From Candidatus Adlerbacteria bacterium (GTDB lineage Bacteria; Patescibacteriota; Minisyncoccia; Phycocordibacterales; SBAW01): DNA of 64,000 bases. The DNA lies in assembly GCA_027451965.1 (NCBI GenBank), contig DAIDHJ010000001.1:23639-87638 (forward strand), in the 5' to 3' direction. Of this stretch, positions 53,893 to 63,611 are shown piece by piece. Made by a program: the position numbers and the translations under genes. A model generated the notes under the pieces. The model did not search any database, had not been told where the DNA came from, and worked only from the letters and a program-made list of their open reading frames with translations. How positions within the stretch are numbered: position 1 is the stretch's first letter; every line of letters begins with the position of its first letter.

Positions 53893-55839
53893 CTACCGGG
53901 AAACTACTTGCCCCATCTGAGCGGTATACCGTGAATCATTAGATAGTATGGTGGAAAGAGCATCTGCGGTTTCTTGCACATTCGTCTGTGTGAATTGATC
54001 CTGACCTACGAGCACGCTTTGCGTGGTAAGCGCGGGTGCGGTTCCCACTTGAGAAAGGCTCGGCGTAAGCGCCACTTGAAATGCTGCTTGCAGTGCGGCG
54101 CTGGAATATCCGGTACCGGCGGTTACCGTACGCACATTCCAGGTTACGGTACGGCTGCTGGCATCGTATGAGACATTTGATCCTGGTTGCGCGGCGACAA
54201 ATTGGACATACGGAGGCAATGTGGTGGTTACCATGACATTGGTGAGCGAATTCGAAGAATTCTTAATGGACCACAGCACCGTATAGGCTGTATTTTCTCC
54301 AACCACCGGTGGCATAGGTCCGGGATCGGAAAATGGACCGCTGAAATGCAGTGCCTGTGCAGTAAGAGTCACCAGAGAGGAAATAAGCACGTTTGCATTT
54401 GCTGCAGAAGATACCGTGCTGGGCACACTGGTCTGCCCCTCTGGAGTACCGTTGAGAGAAAGATTCAGGAATACTGAAGGATTTGTACTCCCTTTCGTGT
54501 TCGCTATAGAAAATGAGAACGGAAATGATCCAGTTCCTCCGGGAGGAATGGAAGCAAGCTGTGCATCCTCTTGCGAATCCCAGGTAATGGTTGAATTGGA
54601 GGACTGATAAAATCCATCCGGGGCGCTGACTGAACTTTTATCAAGCGCATCTCCGGTAAGGGATAGTTGGAGCGAAAGGTTTGATACGGCGGTAGACAGA
54701 TTGTTCGTCCAGGTGACAGTGCCGTTTACGGTGCTATTCGGGGCTACTGATACCGTACCCCCCGACTGCCCATTCAAAGCCAATAGTGCCTGTACAAAGG
54801 GCTGCTGCACCGTCAAGGTCTGCGGTACAGAAAGAAACGGTACAGCAACATGTACATCGGTTGGATTACTGTCAGACCCAACAAGGAAACGGAATACGCG
54901 CTCATCGCCGTTTTGTCCTTGAAGGGCGCCGACGATATGAATCGTTTTAATATCTCCCGGTTGCAGCGTGCCTAACCGCCAAATAGTTCCTCCAGCATCT
55001 CCCTGCGGAGTCGATGAAGCAATGGAAAATCCGAATGGATACTGAGCTTCTAACATGACATCTGGAATGGGCGTAGCTGCATTTGCCTGTACCGTGAGGT
55101 CCATGGAGAATGATTGTCCAGATATCGCTTGAGACGGTGCATTTACTGATACGGACACCGGAGATGATCCGACAAGAAAATTCACCGAAGCTTGTTTTTG
55201 AAATACTGCATTTGAACCGGGTACGCTATATTCAAGGGTCACATTTACTGTCTGCTGCATCCCTTGCTGTCCGTAAAAAATAGCGTTCAGCGTATTGTGT
55301 ATCTGTCCTCCTGAAGGGATGGTGCCGATGGTTTGCGTATCATGTTGGAGCGCCTGAGATGGATCACTGGCGCTGTGTGTGCCGTCCGGATAATCAATAA
55401 TGAGATCGGCGAGTGTCAGTGCCGTTTTGTTATGGTTATCGATAATGACCTGCAGCGTGGCGCTCTTTCCTCCTTCAACCACCGACGGAGCAACAATCTG
55501 CATATCAATGTTCTGTGAGGAGATGAAATTCGCACCGCCAAAAAAGAGATATGCCGCCGCTGCTGCTGCGCCGACGAAAAAGAGAATGGAGACAATAAGA
55601 AATTTGCCGGCAAACGACGCGCCCTTCCTCTTTTTCGATTCTGTAAATTGCGTGAGCGGAGGCGCTGTCGGCTCTGCCGTTTCCATTTCAGGAGATGTCT
55701 CCCAAGCATGCGGCACTTCTTCCTCAAATGGAGAGAGCGGCGTGCGGATATCATTTCCTACTGCCGGTTTTTGTGTACGCGAATAGAGTTCTTTTTTGAG
55801 CCGCTCAATAGCATCCTTATCGTCATGCCCCATGAGCAA
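53893..55839 (-). CDS. membrane-anchored surface protein: cytoplasmic N-terminus, one TM segment, ~500-aa Ser/Thr/Asn-rich repetitive beta-rich ectodomain
   Basis: 648 aa. TM segment is FLIVSILFFVGAAAAAAYLFF. The ectodomain is low-complexity (SVSVNAPS..., TVTW...). Confidence 0.6.
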   Translation of the reverse strand: MLMGHDDKDAIERLKKELYSRTQKPAVGNDIRTPLSPFEEEVPHAWETSPEMETAEPTAPPLTQFTESKKRKGASFAGKFLIVSILFFVGAAAAAAYLFFGGANFISSQNIDMQIVAPSVVEGGKSATLQVIIDNHNKTALTLADLIIDYPDGTHSASDPSQALQHDTQTIGTIPSGGQIHNTLNAIFYGQQGMQQTVNVTLEYSVPGSNAVFQKQASVNFLVGSSPVSVSVNAPSQAISGQSFSMDLTVQANAATPIPDVMLEAQYPFGFSIASSTPQGDAGGTIWRLGTLQPGDIKTIHIVGALQGQNGDERVFRFLVGSDSNPTDVHVAVPFLSVPQTLTVQQPFVQALLALNGQSGGTVSVAPNSTVNGTVTWTNNLSTAVSNLSLQLSLTGDALDKSSVSAPDGFYQSSNSTITWDSQEDAQLASIPPGGTGSFPFSFSIANTKGSTNPSVFLNLSLNGTPEGQTSVPSTVSSAANANVLISSLVTLTAQALHFSGPFSDPGPMPPVVGENTAYTVLWSIKNSSNSLTNVMVTTTLPPYVQFVAAQPGSNVSYDASSRTVTWNVRTVTAGTGYSSAALQAAFQVALTPSLSQVGTAPALTTQSVLVGQDQFTQTNVQETADALSTILSNDSRYTAQMGQVVSR

Positions 55840-55851
55840 AGTATATCGTAC

Positions 55852-56424
55852 TCACAAATCACTTGCCCGAAGCGATTCATTTATCATGCTGACAAGTAAC
55901 CGCCGCGACTGTTCGGCCTGTGAAAGAAGTCCGGTTGAAAAGGTGTTGTCCGTTAAGAACGGCAGCAGCGCGTCTGGCGGAGAAACATATCCCAAATGTG
56001 CAAGAATCCTCAGAACAAGGACCCATTCTACCGGAGCAAGTGTGGTGCGATCTGCAGAGGCAAGTGTACTGAGCCCTTGTTCCGCTGCTTCATATACCAA
56101 TGGAATCGGTTCTTGCCCTTGAATAAGGCGCAGCAGCAGCAGCACAATGCGGCCTGCTGCTGCTGTAGCAGATATATCTCCAGCAAACCCCGTGATCTGC
56201 TCTGCGCCGACCAAACGCCATTCGTGCTTTCCGCGCACGAATGCAAAGCGAGCTGTGGTAAGCGGTTCGACGCCGTAACGGAGCTTTGATCGTTCAAGAC
56301 GAACGCTACGTGCATGCACCCGCAAGAGACCGTATTCTTCGGTAAGGATAGTGACAATGCTGTGCGACTCTCCCACTGGATATTTTTTCAATACAATCCC
56401 CCGGCTAGTCGCGATGTTATACAT
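55852..56424 (-). CDS. recO: DNA repair protein RecO
   Basis: Start at MYNIATSRGIVLKKYPVGESH (N-terminal OB fold). The ORF-track extension overlaps ileS. Confidence 0.75.
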   Translation of the reverse strand: MYNIATSRGIVLKKYPVGESHSIVTILTEEYGLLRVHARSVRLERSKLRYGVEPLTTARFAFVRGKHEWRLVGAEQITGFAGDISATAAAGRIVLLLLRLIQGQEPIPLVYEAAEQGLSTLASADRTTLAPVEWVLVLRILAHLGYVSPPDALLPFLTDNTFSTGLLSQAEQSRRLLVSMINESLRASDL

Positions 56425-59400
56425 GAGAAATCGTGCAGGTGATCGGAAAAGGAAATTCCGGATGCATGTCTCCTCCTTCTTCAAGGATGAGTGCTGCCAG
56501 ACCTGTCTCTGCGATAACGTTTTCTCGAACCGCTTCAAGAAATGCTTTCCCTTCTTCGTTTGTGGCGACAGAAAGCTCGGGACGATCCGTAATCGTCAGT
56601 CCTTCTTTCTTGCGCAAATCCTGCACAGTCCGGATCATGTCCCGCAACCATCCTTCCCGCTTGAGCTCTGGCGTGAGGATGGTATCAAGCAATACTTCTT
56701 CTGCTTGCGAAGGATTTTCTTTTACTGTTTTTACATTCACCTCTTCAGCAAGAATGGCGTGCAAACGAGCATCTGCAGGAAGGGTGCGAGCACTCAAAGA
56801 TGCAAGAGGTTGGCGCACTTTTATTCCCGATCGCTCTCGCAGTTCAAGCCCACGAGAAGCAAGCGTGCGTATGTGTGCCATAGCCTCGAGAAGCGGTTGA
56901 TCTGAAGGAAGTCCTGTCGGCCACTGGGAAAGATGCACGCTTTCCGGATCAGCATCTTGTTTCACTTGTTGAAACAGATATTCGGCAAAGAAGGGCATGA
57001 CGGGAGCGATGATATGGGAAAGGGTGTAGAGGACATACCGCATGGTAGCAAACGCTGTATGGTCGTTCTTTTTAAAGCGATCTCGAGAACGTCGCAGATA
57101 CCATGTCGAAAGATCATCAATAAACAGTGCTAGAGGACGCACCGCAAGATCAAGTTGGTATGTTTCAAATCCTTGTGTCGTTTCTGCCAGCAATGCACCT
57201 AAACGGGACAGTATCCACTGATCCAGAGGGTGCGCACTGCTGGCACTGCGTGTTACGCCGACATGTTCTCCGGCATACATTGCATAAAATGAGTGGACAT
57301 TATCGAGGCGCATGAGCAGCTTTTTTGAAACCTCTTCTACGCCACGCGTGGAAAACCGGAGATCTTCTCCGCGAACTACCGGCGAAGCGAGCATGTAATA
57401 GCGCATGGCATCCACACCGTACTGTTCTATGACATCGAGTGGATCAGGATAATTTTTGAGTCGTTTGCTCATTTTTTGCCCGTCTTCCGCAAGGATGAGC
57501 CCGTTTACAATCACATGCTTATACGGAGCTCGATTGAACAATGCACTTCCGAGCACCATGAGGGAATAGAACCATCCTCTTGTCTGATCGAGACCCTCAG
57601 CAATGAAATCGGCAGGGTATCTCAGTGGCGCTAATCCAAACAGTCGTTTCGGATTAAATCTTCCGCGTACGAATGGATAGTGATTGCTGGCAAACGGCAT
57701 GGATCCTGATTCAAACCAACAATCAAATACGTCTGGAATGCGTTTCCAGTGCCCTTGTATGGCATCTCCCAAAGGAATGTCATCTATATACGGACGATGC
57801 AGATCCAATTCAAATAATGCATTGTGCGGAAATGCTACAAAGGAAAGTTCCTTCCATTCTCCTACCTCTGGATACCATGCACGCCGCATCGTTTTCTCTT
57901 CTTCGATTGAAATACGATTACTGATGTCATACATGAGCCATGCAGGATCGCCGTGCGTAATACACAAAATATTTTTTCCGGTATATCGCCGCTCTACATC
58001 AAATAGAAATTCACCGACACGCTGCCGCACCGCAGGATACGTTTCCATTCCTTCTGGCACACGTGCAGAGTCAAAATGATCTGCATGAGAAAATGCCTTT
58101 CTCCATTCCTCGATAGGTTTTCCATTGAACGGTCCGCTTTGTAATTCTGTTAGGCGTTCATCTACCATCACTGCCGCATCAGGAAGCCCGAGCACTGTTT
58201 GCACAATACGCGCAGTTTCTTGCGCACGCGCAAGCGGCGACGTGACAATATAATCAATACGCATCTGCGAGCGCAGTGATTGGGCTTGCTGTTGAACACG
58301 TTCCTTGCCCTGCTGGGTAACATGATCAGGAATTCGATCATCACAATGCAATATCCCGGAAACATTGTGATCTGCTTCTCCGTGACGCATCACTATATAG
58401 CGATTACCCGAACGGCGTATCAAGGAAAGGAGTTCAGCAACTGATCCGATAACACGCACTGCTTTTGTTTTGGTATTCCGCCATACCGGAATCGGCGCTC
58501 CCCAGTACCTGCTTCGAGATATTGCCCAATCAGGCGCTCCTGCAATACCTTTATGGAAGCGATTCTTTCCTACATATTCCGGCACCCAGGTGACTTTGCT
58601 GTTTTCCTTAAGCAATTTTGTTTTGAGTGCAGCTACTTTTACAAACCAGGAATGTGCCGCCCAATTAAGAAGCGGGGTATCGCATCGCCAGCAGTGAGGA
58701 TAGCTGTGTTTTATTTTTTCTTGTGCAAACAGCAGATGCTGTGCTTCTAAGTAGGAAACGATTTTTTGATCCGTTTCCATATGCCTTCCTTTCGGTTTCA
58801 CTGGAAGATTGGCAAAATCGATCACCTCTTGCGTAAATTTCCCTTCTTCAGTGACATGGTGGATAAGCGGAATTTTTTCCTTCTGCGCAAGCAGCAGATC
58901 TTCTTCGCCAAATGCAGGGGCCAGATGCACAATGCCGGTACCATCTTCGTCCGTTACATACGGAGCGGCATACACCTTGAACGCATGCGTTTTATGCTTA
59001 TGAAGCGTGTCTATAAAGTATGGAAACGGCGGCTGATAACGTTTTCCCAGGAGCTGTTTTGGTTCAATCGAACTCACAATAGTTGCAGTATCTCCGAACA
59101 CCGACGAAACCCGGTTGCGTGCGAGAATAAAGTACTCATTTTCTCGCTCCACTTTGACGTATGCGAGAGAAGGGTTGATTGCAGCGGCAGAATTTGCCGG
59201 AAGCGTCCAGGGTGTCGTTGTCCAAATAAGCAACGAGGTACGCTCCTCATCAAGGAGTGGCAGTTTTACGGTAACTGCAATGTCTTCTATCTCCTTGTAG
59301 CCGAGAGCAACTTCAAAATTAGCGAGCGTGGTCCCGCATCGGGGACAGAGGTGAAGCGCTTTAAATCCTTCATATATCAAGCCTTGTTCAAACAAATTTT

Positions 59401-59923
59401 TGAATGCCCACCATACGCTTTCCGTGTAAGACGGATCCATAGTGCGATAATCCTCTTCCATGTCGACCCATCTGCCGATGCGCGGTATGATGCGCTTCCA
59501 ATCGGCAACATCCTTCATGATGCTTTTGCGCGCGGTTTCATTGAATTGCGCAATGCCGAACTGCTCTATGTCCCGCTTTGATTTGAATCCTAATTCCTTC
59601 TCTACCAGATTCTCTACAGGAAGACCGTGACAGTCCCACCCCCAACGGCGCGCGACATGATAGCCTCGCATAGTGCGATAGCGCGGAATAGCATCCTTTA
59701 TAGTGGAGGCGAGAATGTGACCATAGTGCGGTAAACCATTGGCAAAGGGCGGTCCATCATAAAAGACGAATGATCCTTTTGGAGCAGGCTTCGTAAGCGA
59801 TTTTTCAAAAATATGCTCTTGCTGCCAAAACGCTAGCGTCTGTTCTTCTCGTTGTGCAAATACGCTTTTTGGTTTTGGAATAGTATGATGCAGCTCTTCG
59901 CCTCCTTGCTGACGGTCGTCCAT
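56417..59923 (-). CDS. ileS: isoleucine--tRNA ligase (type 2, KMSKR) carrying an inserted histidine-phosphatase (PGAM-like) domain
   Basis: HYGH, TTPWTLP editing motif, DWAISRSRYWGAPIP, DVFDCWFESGSMP, KMSKRLKNYPDP. The inserted ~199 aa (57806..58402) carry RHGEADHN, SPLARAQETA and CITHGD. Confidence 0.9.
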   Translation of the reverse strand: MDDRQQGGEELHHTIPKPKSVFAQREEQTLAFWQQEHIFEKSLTKPAPKGSFVFYDGPPFANGLPHYGHILASTIKDAIPRYRTMRGYHVARRWGWDCHGLPVENLVEKELGFKSKRDIEQFGIAQFNETARKSIMKDVADWKRIIPRIGRWVDMEEDYRTMDPSYTESVWWAFKNLFEQGLIYEGFKALHLCPRCGTTLANFEVALGYKEIEDIAVTVKLPLLDEERTSLLIWTTTPWTLPANSAAAINPSLAYVKVERENEYFILARNRVSSVFGDTATIVSSIEPKQLLGKRYQPPFPYFIDTLHKHKTHAFKVYAAPYVTDEDGTGIVHLAPAFGEEDLLLAQKEKIPLIHHVTEEGKFTQEVIDFANLPVKPKGRHMETDQKIVSYLEAQHLLFAQEKIKHSYPHCWRCDTPLLNWAAHSWFVKVAALKTKLLKENSKVTWVPEYVGKNRFHKGIAGAPDWAISRSRYWGAPIPVWRNTKTKAVRVIGSVAELLSLIRRSGNRYIVMRHGEADHNVSGILHCDDRIPDHVTQQGKERVQQQAQSLRSQMRIDYIVTSPLARAQETARIVQTVLGLPDAAVMVDERLTELQSGPFNGKPIEEWRKAFSHADHFDSARVPEGMETYPAVRQRVGEFLFDVERRYTGKNILCITHGDPAWLMYDISNRISIEEEKTMRRAWYPEVGEWKELSFVAFPHNALFELDLHRPYIDDIPLGDAIQGHWKRIPDVFDCWFESGSMPFASNHYPFVRGRFNPKRLFGLAPLRYPADFIAEGLDQTRGWFYSLMVLGSALFNRAPYKHVIVNGLILAEDGQKMSKRLKNYPDPLDVIEQYGVDAMRYYMLASPVVRGEDLRFSTRGVEEVSKKLLMRLDNVHSFYAMYAGEHVGVTRSASSAHPLDQWILSRLGALLAETTQGFETYQLDLAVRPLALFIDDLSTWYLRRSRDRFKKNDHTAFATMRYVLYTLSHIIAPVMPFFAEYLFQQVKQDADPESVHLSQWPTGLPSDQPLLEAMAHIRTLASRGLELRERSGIKVRQPLASLSARTLPADARLHAILAEEVNVKTVKENPSQAEEVLLDTILTPELKREGWLRDMIRTVQDLRKKEGLTITDRPELSVATNEEGKAFLEAVRENVIAETGLAALILEEGGDMHPEFPFPITCTISHV

Positions 59924-59963
59924 ATCAAAAAACTATACCTTGAAGGCACCTTTTCTTCCATTC

Positions 59964-61628
59964 TTACATTTGTTCAGGAGCAGACATCCCAAGTAAAAAT
60001 AAACCCTGGCGAAGTACTGATTCAACCGCGGATACCAACAGTAATCCATACGAAGGATATATTCCTCCCACAACTCGTTCATGGGCATACCAGGAATTAA
60101 ATACGCCCGCTAATTCAGTGAGATATGTCGTGATGTAATGCGGTTCAAGCTCTTGCGCCGCGCGTTCCACCACTTCTGGGAAGTGCACCAGTGTTCGCTC
60201 TAGGATACCCAGTTCTTCTGGAATATCGGTAATACCAGCCTGTATACCAGCCTTCTGAGCCGTGCGAATAAGAGAGAGTGCCCGCGTGTGCGCATACTGC
60301 ACATAGGGCCCAGAATCTCCTTCCAGTGAAAGGGATTTTTCTGGATCGAACACCATATCCTTGCCGCTGTGCTGTTTGAGGATGGCATACTTTACCGCCC
60401 CTACTGCTACTTCCTCTGCCACTTGCTCCTGCGGAATGTCACGACCGGTCATTTTTGCTTTTGCCGCTTCCTGTAGATCGTGCAGCAATGATTCTCCCGT
60501 AATGACGTTTCCTTTTCGGGAAGACATTTTTCCAGATGCAAAACGCATCATCCCATGGGCTCGATGTATGTATTTCCCGGCAACATCGTGAAAAATGGCC
60601 TGGGCCGCAGTAAGGACAACCTTGAAGTAATCAGTTTGCTCGGACGCAGTGACGGTGATGGAAACATCAAATGCACAGCGTTCTCGCTTGAGTTCAATGA
60701 GACCTAGATCTTTCGCTTCGTAGGTGGGCAATCCGTGCGAATTGATGAAAACGCGGGTATGCAATCCATACGGTTCTCCTCGAAATACGATGGCTCCCTC
60801 GCTGAATTCAAATACCTCCGGATGCGCTCGCACAATGTCTATACCCCTTGGCCCTGTTTCGCTTTCAAAGAAATACAGATCAAATTTCGTGCCGAGTATA
60901 CGGTACAGCTCTTCAAAATGCTCAAGTGAGATTCGTTTCCCCCATGCATACAGTTCGTTTACCTGTGGATCGCTGTGCTCATAAATCTTTTTATTAAGAG
61001 CATCGATTGCTTCTTTATCAGCCTGATGCTCCTCATAGAGCTGGTTTCCTTTTACATATGCCTCCCCTATTTCCGCAATAGACGGTTTTAGGTTCTGTTG
61101 CTGTAGCAGAACGTATAGAGCCTTCGCCACATGCGGCCCAACATCCCCTTGATAATTAGCGCGGATGACTTGCGCGCTCGCATACGTCAATACTCGGGTG
61201 ATGCTTTCTCCGAGCGTATTACTCATGAGATGGCCGATATGAAACGGTTTGAACGGATTAGGCTGGGTATATTCCACCAGTACTCTTTTCCCCTGATAGT
61301 AGGCGCTGTGTGCCCAGGTTTTCTCTCCAGCCGCTTGCTCCACCTCACGTAGCAAAGCAGCATTAGAAAGAAAGAAGTTGATGAATCCGTTCCCCGCAAC
61401 TACTATCTCACGCACTCCTTCTATATGTTGTGCACAAAGAGCGTCACAGAGCTCTTGCGCAATGTCTTTCGGATTTTTATGCAATAGTGATGCTGCAATC
61501 AGTGCTGCATTGGTCGCATAATCCCCATGTGTAGCTTGTCCAGGACGTTCAAGCGTAAAAGAAACATGCTCTGCGGCAAGCGATGTAAGCGCTGTAGTAA
61601 TTGCTTGTGTAATAGCAGAACGGATCAT
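59964..61628 (-). CDS. argS: arginine--tRNA ligase
   Basis: PNPFKPFHIGH HIGH motif. 554 aa. C-terminal DALR anticodon-binding region. Confidence 0.9.
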   Translation of the reverse strand: MIRSAITQAITTALTSLAAEHVSFTLERPGQATHGDYATNAALIAASLLHKNPKDIAQELCDALCAQHIEGVREIVVAGNGFINFFLSNAALLREVEQAAGEKTWAHSAYYQGKRVLVEYTQPNPFKPFHIGHLMSNTLGESITRVLTYASAQVIRANYQGDVGPHVAKALYVLLQQQNLKPSIAEIGEAYVKGNQLYEEHQADKEAIDALNKKIYEHSDPQVNELYAWGKRISLEHFEELYRILGTKFDLYFFESETGPRGIDIVRAHPEVFEFSEGAIVFRGEPYGLHTRVFINSHGLPTYEAKDLGLIELKRERCAFDVSITVTASEQTDYFKVVLTAAQAIFHDVAGKYIHRAHGMMRFASGKMSSRKGNVITGESLLHDLQEAAKAKMTGRDIPQEQVAEEVAVGAVKYAILKQHSGKDMVFDPEKSLSLEGDSGPYVQYAHTRALSLIRTAQKAGIQAGITDIPEELGILERTLVHFPEVVERAAQELEPHYITTYLTELAGVFNSWYAHERVVGGIYPSYGLLLVSAVESVLRQGLFLLGMSAPEQM

Positions 61629-61666
61629 GGTGTTAGAGTATCAGCTTCAGAGATCCTCTCAAAGAG

Positions 61667-62935
61667 CTATGAAAAGCTGGTGGGTATGGGAAACTGGATA
61701 CATAGAGATCGTATCTGTTCCCGTATCGCCTGCAGTTTTGTTCTATCTTCTCTATACAAAAGAGCATCAAGCAGCAGATGGGCCACTTGTGCACTTTCTG
61801 TTTCCATAAATCCGCGAGTAGTGATTGCCGGAGTACCAAACCGAATACCCGACGGGTCGGTTGGCTTGCGCGGATCATCTGCAATCGCATTCATATTGAG
61901 CGTAATGCCTACCGTATCAAGCAGTTCTTGCGCTTCTTTTCCAGAGACGCCGAGCGAATGGAATATATCAGCCAGAATGAGATGATTACTGGTACCGCCT
62001 CCGATCATACGGATATTGCGTTCCCGAAGTACTCCCTCCATTGCTTTGGCATTCTTCAAGACTTGCTGCGCATATATTTTGAATTGCGGTTGCAGTGCTT
62101 CCCCGAATGCAACGGCTTTTGCAGCGATAACGTGCATGAGCGGCCCTCCTTGGAGTCCGGGGAACACCGCTTTGTCTATTTTTCGTGCAAGCTCCTCGTT
62201 GTCTCTCGTGAGAATGAGACCTCCTCGCGGACCCCGCAGCGTTTTATGTGTCGTTGAGGTCATCACATCAAATCCGTAGGTAAATGGATTTTTAGCCGCC
62301 CCCCCGGCGATCAATCCGGCGATATGCGCAACGTCAATAACCGCATATGCTCCTATTTCCCGAGCGATGGCAACAAACTTTTCATAATCCAATTCTCGTG
62401 AATATGCTGAGAATCCGGCAAGAATAATTTTTGGTCTGGTCTCATGAGCCACCTTGCGCATATCCTCGTAATCAATTTCTCCTGTATCCGGATTTTTCAT
62501 CTTGTAGCGAACAAAATGGAAAAAGTTGGTGATGTAGGTGACCGGATGTCCGTGCGTTAAATGGCCTCCATGGGAAAGATCCATACCTAGCACCGTATCT
62601 CCCGGGGAAAGCAACGCGAAGTACATGGCGACATTTGCGTTTGCTCCCGAATGCGGTTGTACGTTCGCGAACTGAGCGTCAAATAATTTTTTTGCCCGGT
62701 CTATAGCAATTGTTTCTATTTGATCAGTAAAGGCTTGGCCGCCATAGTATCGCTTCCCGGGATATCCTTCCGAATACTTATTCGTGAGAATAGATCCCTG
62801 CGCTTCACGCACTGCTTGTGAGACATAATTTTCAGAAGGAATCAGTTCAAGACCGTCTCGTTCTCGAATCTCTTCTCCTTCCATAGCAGCGTATACCGCG
62901 CTATCTTGCTTCCGTATTGAATCGTACATATCCAT
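61667..62935 (-). CDS. glyA: serine hydroxymethyltransferase
   Basis: LIPSENYVSQAV and the PLP-lysine region THKTLRGPRGG. Start at MDMYDS; the ORF-track extension overlaps tmk. Confidence 0.9.
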   Translation of the reverse strand: MDMYDSIRKQDSAVYAAMEGEEIRERDGLELIPSENYVSQAVREAQGSILTNKYSEGYPGKRYYGGQAFTDQIETIAIDRAKKLFDAQFANVQPHSGANANVAMYFALLSPGDTVLGMDLSHGGHLTHGHPVTYITNFFHFVRYKMKNPDTGEIDYEDMRKVAHETRPKIILAGFSAYSRELDYEKFVAIAREIGAYAVIDVAHIAGLIAGGAAKNPFTYGFDVMTSTTHKTLRGPRGGLILTRDNEELARKIDKAVFPGLQGGPLMHVIAAKAVAFGEALQPQFKIYAQQVLKNAKAMEGVLRERNIRMIGGGTSNHLILADIFHSLGVSGKEAQELLDTVGITLNMNAIADDPRKPTDPSGIRFGTPAITTRGFMETESAQVAHLLLDALLYREDRTKLQAIREQIRSLCIQFPIPTSFS

Positions 62936-62939
62936 ATCA

Positions 62940-63563
62940 CTATACAAGCAACGGAGCGACCGCCGCATACACGTCGTTCCACACCGCTTCGATTGAACGG
63001 TCAGTATCAATCACATGAGGTACGCCAAATTCTGCGACATGCTGCTTATACCCTTCGCGCACTCGTTCGTGAAATGTCACCGTTTCCTCATCAAATCGGG
63101 TAGTTTCTTCATGTCGTTGTCGGACACGTTGCAGACCAATACTTGGAGTGACGTCGAGCAAAATGCATATGTCCGGCGTGCAGGTATCTGTAACAAATGC
63201 GCTTACTTCTCGTAAAAATGGAAGGTAGTCATGCCGATTTCTTCCGTATATCTGATACGCAATCGTGGAAAGTCCAAATCGGTTAGTGATGACAGTTTTT
63301 CCTTCTGAAAGTGCTGGAGTAATAATCTGAGCGATGAGCTGCGCCCGTGCAGCTAAAAATAAGAGTAGCTCCGTCCGCACATCCATATCCGATATATCCT
63401 TTCCAAGAAGTAATGCGCGTATACGCTCCCCGATAACAGTACCTCCCGGTTCACGAGTGAAAACAGTATTTTGCGGATGAGTCAATTTCAGACGTTCAAT
63501 GATGGTATCTTTTCCCGATCCTTCGCCTCCCTCAAACACAATGAAACTGCCTCGTTTGTCCAT
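62940..63563 (-). CDS. tmk: thymidylate kinase
   Basis: P-loop FEGGEGSGKDT. 207 aa. Confidence 0.85.
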   Translation of the reverse strand: MDKRGSFIVFEGGEGSGKDTIIERLKLTHPQNTVFTREPGGTVIGERIRALLLGKDISDMDVRTELLLFLAARAQLIAQIITPALSEGKTVITNRFGLSTIAYQIYGRNRHDYLPFLREVSAFVTDTCTPDICILLDVTPSIGLQRVRQRHEETTRFDEETVTFHERVREGYKQHVAEFGVPHVIDTDRSIEAVWNDVYAAVAPLLV

Positions 63564-63611
63564 AGCGCCTTTCGTATGTCTCTATGCTACAGTGAGAACA
63601 CTAAAAAACCT

